Shown: piece after piece, positions 55,187 through 64,000 of the stretch | Position numbering within the stretch: position 1 is the stretch's first letter | Layout: each line of letters begins with the position of its first letter | NCBI GenBank assembly: GCA_951406725.2 | Contig: OX597826.1 | Location: 32,116,001 to 32,180,000, forward strand | Source of the DNA: Octopus vulgaris | Taxonomy: Eukaryota | DNA length: 64,000 bases | Direction of reading: 5' to 3' | Position numbers and translations under genes: made by a program | Notes under the pieces: model-generated | Databases searched by the model: none | Seen by the model: only the letters and a program-made list of their open reading frames with translations | Told to the model about the DNA's origin: nothing

Positions 55187-55355
55187 TTATGTGTATGTAT
55201 GTATGACAGGCTTCTTTCAGTTTCCATCTACCAAATCCACTCATAAGGCTTTGTTTGGCCCAAGTCTGTAGTGGAATATACTTGTCCAATGTGCCACACA
55301 GTGGGACTGAACTTGGAACCATTTGGTTAAGCAGCAAAATTCTTACCAAACTGCC
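54925..55355 (-). mobile_element. CORE-like SINE, reverse orientation
   Basis: Reverse complement of the 56531 copy. Confidence 0.8.
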
Positions 55356-55804
55356 ATAATTTAATATAATATTCTATATTATTCTTACCTTGAAAACTTA
55401 AATTATAAAATGGCAAGTTGCCTTAATTAAAACTAAAATATGATACTATCTGGCCCTGAATATAATTATAATCCTCTCCTTGCAGCCGAACCTAGCAACA
55501 CTGTTGTTAAGGTGGAGTGACACTGACAACGAACTGGAACGCAAATTAATTAATGGGTCGGTTTTTTTATTTTTTCAAAAGAAGAATGAAAAGAAAGAAA
55601 GAAATGGCATTTTAAAAATAAAATAACAGCTGGGTGGGTTTTCACTTTCACATACATATACAAATACACACAATCACACACACACACACACTCACACACA
55701 CACACACACACATTCACACACAGTCACACACACATGTATATATACATACATATATGTATATAAGTGTATATATATATGTATATATATATGTATATGTATA
55801 TATA

Positions 55805-55842
<38 letters not shown>

Positions 55843-55920
55843 TGGATATATATACATATAAATGCATATACACATATACGTATATAGATTCATACATATA
55901 TAGATACATATGTATAGGTA

Positions 55921-55965
<45 letters not shown>

Positions 55966-56445
55966 ATGTATGTATCTTTATATGTATGTATTCATGTATT
56001 ACAGCTGTGTTTTTGTAATGAATATATAAAATAAACAACTTTGATAAAAAAACATATCAGTTTTACTTCTTTCTTCATCTCTAAGATCAGGTAAACAGTA
56101 CATTTAGCAGTTGATTTAGAGAAGATCAGCTTACTAAAAAGAAATCTCCAAGAATTAGATAACGCAGCAGGCTGAAAAGTTCTGAGAGTTTTCTGCATCG
56201 CTTCTTCACAAAATGAGTTTGTTTAATTGACTAATCTACGGTTGAATTTTACTCTGAAGAATTTTGGGGTATTTTTTTTTGTCATTCTGAAAAAGTAACT
56301 GAGACGAAATGAAATAAATTTTCTCTGATTTTTTTTTTAAAGAACATCTTAAGGGGTAATTTCTCAACTTCCATTTATCATCTTTTGTTTGAAAGTATAC
56401 TTCAGTTTTTATTTAATTTATTAAGTGTTACCTATTCTATGTTGG

Positions 56446-56530
<85 letters not shown>

Positions 56531-56926
56531 AGGTGTAGGAGTGGCTGTGTGGTCAGTAGCTTGCTTACCAACCACATGGTTCCGGGTTCAGTCCCACTGC
56601 TTGGTACCTTAGGCAAGTGTCTCCTACTATAGCCTCGGGCTGACCAAAGCCTTGTGAGTGGATTTGGAAGACGGAAACTGAAAGAAGCTCGTTGTATATA
56701 TATATGTATGTATGTGTATGTGTTTGTGTGTCTGTGTTTGTCCCCCCAACATTGCTTGACAACCGATGCTAGTGTGTTTACGTCCCTGTAACTTAGCAGT
56801 TTGGCAAAAGTATTCCGATAGAATAAGTACTAGGCTTGCAAAGAATAAGTCATGGGGTCGATTTGCTCGACTAAAAGCGGTGCTCCAGATTGGCCACAGT
56901 CACATGACTGAAACAAGTAAAGAGTA
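56531..56926 (+). mobile_element. Well-preserved full-length CORE-like SINE
   Basis: GGAGTGGCTGTGTGG...CCGGGTTCAGTCCCACT...; CpGs largely retained. Confidence 0.9.
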
Positions 56927-57155
56927 ATGTGTGTGTGTGTGTATATATATATATAGGCAAAGCAAAAATAAATATAAACAGAAACAATAAACAGATAATT
57001 GGATATACACTGTAAATAAATTAGATCGACACTTAGTGAAAAGTTTATATGGTAAAATAGAAGTGATGTTTTGAGCAGAGTTCTTTGTTGGAAAGAGGAA
57101 AAAGTCCAGAGAAAAAGAAAAGCAGGAAAGAGCAGACAGTCCAAGAAAAGCATTA

Positions 57156-57209
<54 letters not shown>

Positions 57210-57824
57210 TGGAAACTTGCTATGGGGTTAATGGACAGCAAGAGAAATCCTTAGTGGAAGAACATCCATCAAACAAGAGTTTCAGCCTCTTAGGAACAAG
57301 AATCATGTAATCAATTTCAAGGCTTACAGCTGTTTCTGCAATGAGAAGCAGTGCTGTGAGAACTGAGTGCTTGTGTAACATCTTATAGCTTCTTCAGAGC
57401 CAGTCATTAACAGTCATTCATTAATTAATATTATGCTCTGTACTTGTGTAACGTGGCCTGTTACTGTAAGGCTGGAGGGACCGGATGACATTATTCGTAC
57501 CTATACCTATGCCTAAGTTAACACCTCTCTCACTGTCTCTGTGATTCTTTCTCTGTCACTTGTGTATGTAGTGTTTATTTATTCATTGCCTGTCACCAAG
57601 CTAAGTATGTGCAGTCATTCCATGCGTTGTCTCTTCTCTCTGTACAATGTAAAGCATGACTGGAGAAATCAACCAACCAGCCAGCCAGCCAGCCGACCAA
57701 CCAGCCGACCAACCAGCCAACCAACCAACCAACCAACCAACCATCCAGCCAACCAGCCATGCAGTCAAACAACATTTATATCAGTTAGCTATTATACAAT
57801 GACAATGACGATGATGATGATGAC

Positions 57825-57872
<48 letters not shown>

Positions 57873-57959
57873 GATGACGGGAACACTGATGATTATGATG
57901 ATGATGATGATGATGATAACGATGATGAAGACAATGATGATTTATCTTCATCATAATGT

Positions 57960-58410
57960 GTTTATATGTATTAGTGTGTGTGTGTGTATGTGTCTTTGTG
58001 CCTCTGTTTGTGTGTGTGTGTGTGTGAGAGTATGCACGTGTGTGTATTTGTGCCTCTGTATGTGTGTATGTGTATCTTTGTGCCTGTGTGTGTGTATGTG
58101 TGTGTATAAGAGTGTGTTTGTGCCTCTCTGTGTGTGTAAGAGAGTGTGTATACATGTGTGTGTGTATGTGTGACGTACCTCTGTGTGTGTGTGAGTGTGA
58201 ATGTGTGTGTGTATGTGTGTTTTTGTGCCTCTGTCTGTCTGTATGTGTGTCTTTAAATCTCTGTGTGTGCGTGTGTGTGTATGTGTGAGAGAGCGAGAGA
58301 GTGTGTGTATGTGTGTCTTTGTGCCTCTGTGTGTGTGTGAGAGTGTGTATGCAAGTGTGTGTGTATGTGTGTATGTGTGTGAGTGTGTGTGTGTATCTCT
58401 GTGCCTTTCT
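57960..58410. repeat. (TG)n-based minisatellite punctuated by TTTGTGCCTCTG-like motifs
   Basis: Motif recurs near 57995, 58047, 58077, 58117, 58222, 58318 and 58400. Confidence 0.8.
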
Positions 58411-59550
58411 GTATGTGCGTACGTGTACAAGGGAAGTATGTGAACATTTATATGTATGAACCAGCATTCTTTCAGTAACAAACAGTGATGTATGTCACAT
58501 CTCAAAAGACAACCACTTGATAACATTGACAAGTGTATTAATTCGAATTACCATCCATATTCTATCTCTTGTCCTTATTTATATATAAAATACTACAATT
58601 AGCCGTCATTTTTGATGGCACGGAGCCAGCTAATATTATAATAACACCTTGGCTGGGTTACTTTCTTGGTTTCAAAATACATATATGTTTGACCAGGGGG
58701 TAATATTGCTTTCAAATTTTAGCACAAAGCCAGCAGTTTCAGAGGAGAGAGTAAGTCAATCACATTGACCCCAGGGATTAACCGGTACTTGTTTCATTGA
58801 CGGTGAAGGGACGAAAGTGGATTTGAATCCAGAAGATGAAGATAAATGAAATGCACCTAACCATTTTGTCTGGCATGCTAATGATTCTGCCAGTGTGCCA
58901 CTTTACCATGGGGTAATATTACATTACCTGGAAACAGGTGCTGGTTAGCAACAGGAAAGGCATCCAGTTGTAGAAAATCTGCCTCAACAAATTCCATCTG
59001 AACCATGGAAGCATGGAGAAGTGGATGATAAAACAATGATGATGTTATTCATTTACAGATTTTAGATTTTAAATACTCTCTAGTGGGAATTTTTGCCTAC
59101 TAATTGCTGGGATTATCACAGGTAATCGATATTTTCCAATATACTAAATTAACATATGTGGCAACTCACCACCACCAACACCATCACTAAATCATTCCCC
59201 GTGTCAACATATTAAACATTGGAATCTTTATAGTCAATATCATTACTATTCTCAGACATTCAGAATTCTTCAGTTCAGAGATCAGGTAGTTAAAAAAAAA
59301 AAAAAGAGAAAATCAAGTGTGTGACTTGATTTTTATTAAGAACGACATAAAAATCCACATTTTCTTTCCTTCCACTCTTATATATAAGCATCTTATTGGA
59401 TTTATCAATGCTAACTGCTGTCCTTTCCTTCTTGGTGTTGCATAAAAGTTACATACTCATTGCCCTCACCCGTTTGATATGTGATCAGTCACTACAATAA
59501 CAGCCAGATATAAACACAGAGCTGTCTTCACAGAAAACACTCATGTAATG

Positions 59551-59585
<35 letters not shown>

Positions 59586-59946
59586 TGTATGTATGTATGT
59601 ATGTATGTATGTATGTATGTACGTATGTATGTATGTACGTATGTATGTATGTATGTATGTATGGATGTATGTAGTTATGTCTATGTGTATATATGCATGC
59701 ACATATGTCTATGTGTGTCTACATGTATAAATATATGTAAGTCTATGTGTGTGTTTGTGTGTGTCACTTTGTGCACGGATGGATGGAGGTATAAAATTAT
59801 GTGTACACATTTGTATGTGTGCATATCTGTGTGTGTGTATGTAAGTATCATGTATGTATTCATATATGTATGTTTGTATCTACATATATGCATATATCTA
59901 CATATATCTATGCATGGGTATGTATATATGAACGTATGTATTATAT

Positions 59947-59997
<51 letters not shown>

Positions 59998-59999
59998 TA

Positions 60000-60031
<32 letters not shown>

Positions 60032-60789
60032 ACTGTATATGTGTATCTATGTGTGCATGCATGTGTATGCTGCTGTTGAATATAAAGGTGTATCTTATCT
60101 TTTCCTCTGTTTCACATTCACCTATTAGCTTAGCAATGCTTAACAGCCTCAGAGAATTCCAGTTATGCTAAACAGTTATGGTCAAACCATTTTCTCTTCC
60201 TTCCTTCCTTCCTTCCTTCCTTTCTTCCCTTCTTTCTATCTTCACTTTTATAATATTCACTTATTTGTATTTAATATTTATTATAATTTTTATTTATTTT
60301 TTTTTTTCGTTGTATATGACCAACTAACAACACTTATAAAAACTGAAAGAAAAGTTCGATAAAGTATACCATAAAACGCTTCTTCTTGAACGTGGAGACG
60401 TCTTTGGTTAAAAGTAGGAAATATGTAGGAAGTTAATAACACTTACCAGTCTCTGTATTTCAGTTCCTATTATAATATATATATTGGATAATGGTTCACC
60501 GAAAACTATGGAGAACTCTTTAAATAGAAATAGATGGTTTTTCTTCAATGCCTTTGATGATTTTTGTTGCTGTTGCTGTTGTTGTTGTTGTTGGTAGTAG
60601 TGGTGGTGGTGTTTAATATGGTAATATGAGGGGGACAGTGGGAGGAGGTAAAGATCAATGGGGTCCAATGTTGTCTGACAAGTATTGGCTACCATTAAAA
60701 ATAAACAAAATTCTTTCAACTCTTGCAGAAAAGATATTTAATTATTCTTTCAACTTTGAAATAAATAACTTGCCACTTTCTTGATCTCT

Positions 60790-61100
60790 AGCATGGCTGC
60801 ATGATTAAGAAGCTTGCTTGATGACTACGTGGCTTCAGGTTCAGTCCCACCGGGCTGCACCTTGGGCAAGGGTCTTTTACTATAGTCCCAGTCCAACCAA
60901 ACTCTTGGGAATGGATTTGGTAGAAGGAAACTGAAAAGAACCTATCACTTATGCAAACAAACATACATAGGTGCAGGTCTGGTTCCAGGTTCAGTCCCAC
61001 CGTGTAGCAACTTGGGCAAGTGTCTTCTACTATAGCCTTGGGCTGACTTAAGCCTTGTGAGTGGATTTGGTAGATAGAAACTGAAAGAAGCCCACCCATC

Positions 61101-61147
<47 letters not shown>

Positions 61148-61372
61148 GGTGGGTGTGTGGGTGTTTATGTGACTTTGTTTGTCCCTCCACCATCACTTGA
61201 CAACTGATGTTGGTGTGTTTATGTCCCTGTAACTTAGCAATTTGGCAAAAGAGACCAATGGCATAAGTACTAGGCTTACAGAGAATAAGCTCTGGGGGTT
61301 GATTTGTTTGACTAGGTGGTTCTCCAGCATGGTCGCAGTCAAATGAATGAAACAAGTAACAGAGTAAAAGAG
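60790..61372 (+). mobile_element. Partial plus near-full CORE-like SINE in tandem
   Basis: Two successive GGTTCAGTCCCAC...TTGGGCAAG...GATTTGGTAGA..AAACTGAAA blocks; the second ends in GAAACAAGTAACAGAGT. Confidence 0.8.
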
Positions 61373-61674
61373 TACATACATCTATACATACATAATGGCT
61401 GTTCACTTGTGACTGAGGAAGACTGTCACTGACCATTTAGGGCATTGTGCACCCGCAACAAAACTATACGTTGCATCTGTGGCTCTGCTGTTGCCTGTCG
61501 AGCCCAGCTCTTAATAAGCATACACATCCGTGCAACTTGTAGACCAAGCTTCCGCCATTCACTACACAGATGGTGCAGTTGTGAGCAGATCATTTCAATG
61601 AAACAAGGAAGGAGCGAATTTTTTTGGAAAAACATCTATATCTATCTACCTATCTATCTATCTATCTATCTATC

Positions 61675-61729
<55 letters not shown>

Positions 61730-63453
61730 TATATAATTATTGAATTGCTACATGGTGGTTCTTCTCTAATTTATATACATGTATATATATATACACACAC
61801 ACACATAGTGGGACTGAACCCAGAACCACGTGGTTAGGAAGGAAACTTCTTATCACACAGGGAAAGATACAGGTATTAACATTTGAAGAATTGTAAGAAT
61901 ATCTGCAATGCCTGTCAGTTTAGCAAATACCAAAATAGTTTTAAAATAGCAAACTAGTTACACCAACTTTTAAACCTGGCTGCTTTAGTTACTAAGAATC
62001 GTACATGCACACATACATTCTGTATGTGTCACAGAATGTTTGTGTGCATGTATGATTTTTGAGATTAGTTATAAATACTTTTACCTGCAGTAAAAGGAAG
62101 AAAAGATCACACACATAAAAAACCATTTGCGTTTTGGAGCTTTTGGAAGTGATAGGTATATTTTTCTTATGAGTTCTTCAGTTTCAAAAAATTTGGAGAA
62201 CATAATTTTACTTTCGATTGGAGACTCTAGGAGAAAAAAAAGATCAAATTAAGCAAATGTATTTGCAGTCGTTCTATAGTTTATCTTTGAACTTTTCTGT
62301 CTATCATAGAAAATAGCATGTTATACCTTGGCACTGTCTTTGGTACCAAATTATCGGCTACATGGTGATCAGTAGTCTTCTGTGTAATGTTTAAGAAACG
62401 TTGGTGTTAAACATATTAAGTGGGTGGTTTACATCTGAACTAATCTGGTGGCAAATGTGTGACTCAATATTGATTGGTTAAATCATATATGAATATAGAA
62501 ATGGTTATAACATTTACATATATACATCACTATCATTGTGTGAGTGTGTGTGAGTTCGGATGTGTGTGTGTGTGTAATTTGTGTGTCATTTTCATCTCAG
62601 CTTCTTTCTTTTAACGTCTGTTTTTCCATGCTTGCATGGGTCTGATGAGATTTGTTGAAGCAGATTTACATTGGCCACATGCCCTTCCTGTTCCAACACA
62701 CCTTACATGATTCCAAATAAGGAAATATTACCACATGGCCAATCAGTTACAACCACCACATGATGTCAAGACAAGGCGGGGAGCCCGTCCCCCAACACAT
62801 ATGTACTTACACACGCACAAACATGCATACACAGCAAATTTCTTTCTGTTTCTGTTTTGCAGATCCATTCACGAGGCTTTGATTGGCCTAGGGCTAAAGT
62901 AGAAGATATTTGCCCAAGGGTACCCCACAATGAAACTGAAACTGGAACAATTTCATTGGAAAACAGACTTCTTAACCACAGCACCAATCCTGTACACTAA
63001 TATATCTCAGTGAACAACTTTCAGCCAGAACATCATTAACCTTAACTGGATGTAAATGTGACTAAAGTAGAATTTAAACACAGAACTGCAGACCATAAAA
63101 CTCTTCATCATTTGATGCTGTAATATATCGTCAAGTGATGTCTAATCTGTGAGACAGAGGTCAGTAAATATATATGATACATTATGGCCATAGTCTTCTA
63201 GCAATATCATACAAATAGCTCCATACTAATTTTATATGAAGCAGATGATACAGTTTCAATACAAAGATATGTAAATACGCACATGATAAAATGTTCAGAT
63301 GGTAAAACCATTAGCATGCCAGGCAAATGGCTTGGTGACATTTTGCTTGTCTTTTCGTTCTGAGTTCAAATGCTTCAGGATCAACTCAGCCTTTCATCTT
63401 TTGTGGGGTTGATGAAATAAGTGCTAACTGACCACTGTATATATATGTATATA

Positions 63454-63519
<66 letters not shown>

Positions 63520-64000
63520 TACATACATATATATAAATGTATATATATATATATATATATCAATGTATATGTACATGCTGTACATTTGCAAGTACTTGGC
63601 AATTTATACACATAAAAAAATGACCAACTTTTTTGAAAGAAGAGGAATAACATTATGTTAGATATATCTTAATTAAAAAAACTAAATAAATGAATAAAAT
63701 AATTAAGACAGCTTGATTTATTAAATCTGTTGGAATTTAAATATATAAATCTTTTCTTAAAAAAAAATCTGTTCCACATTACAGTATGGCTAATTAACAT
63801 TTTGTGAGGATATACTACACTTGAAGTATAAATGAGCAACTCGTTAAATTTCTCACACATACACTCTCTCCCACTTGCACTCTCTCTCTCTCATGTAAAC
63901 CCTTCAAATCTGTTGTTGTTGTTGCTATTTGGCCCTGTTCGAGCAAGTCTATGATGAGAGCTATTCCACCCATGACCATCCAATCTAACATTTTCTGTAT

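Overview
AT-rich, microsatellite- and SINE-saturated eukaryotic DNA, most consistent with a coleoid cephalopod (Octopus-like; inferred from the protocadherin type and repeat landscape). The only credible protein-coding sequence is a minus-strand protocadherin. One 2,820-nt exon (17107-14288; CDS from 16963) encodes the signal peptide, 7 cadherin repeats, TM helix and the start of the cytoplasmic tail. It has a strong acceptor upstream and a phase-0 GT donor downstream; its other exons could not be placed with confidence. The rest is tRNA-derived SINEs (Nin/Deu-, Meta/V- and CORE-like), RTE and R4/Dong LINE remnants, mariner and Tc2/pogo-like MITEs, and simple repeats that explain almost all the short ORFs. 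Signals worth following up: (i) a family of (TA)n-embedded ~200-bp Penelope-like elements, one with an intact minimal hammerhead core on the protocadherin strand; (ii) a perfect 50-bp hairpin beside it; (iii) an in-frame uORF separated from the protocadherin ORF by a single UGA in a hairpin loop; (iv) a MITE carrying a near-consensus CTCF motif 1 kb upstream of the exon; (v) a decayed ~45-bp array rich in 5' splice-site-like motifs. All of this was read by eye; no searches or folding programs were run.
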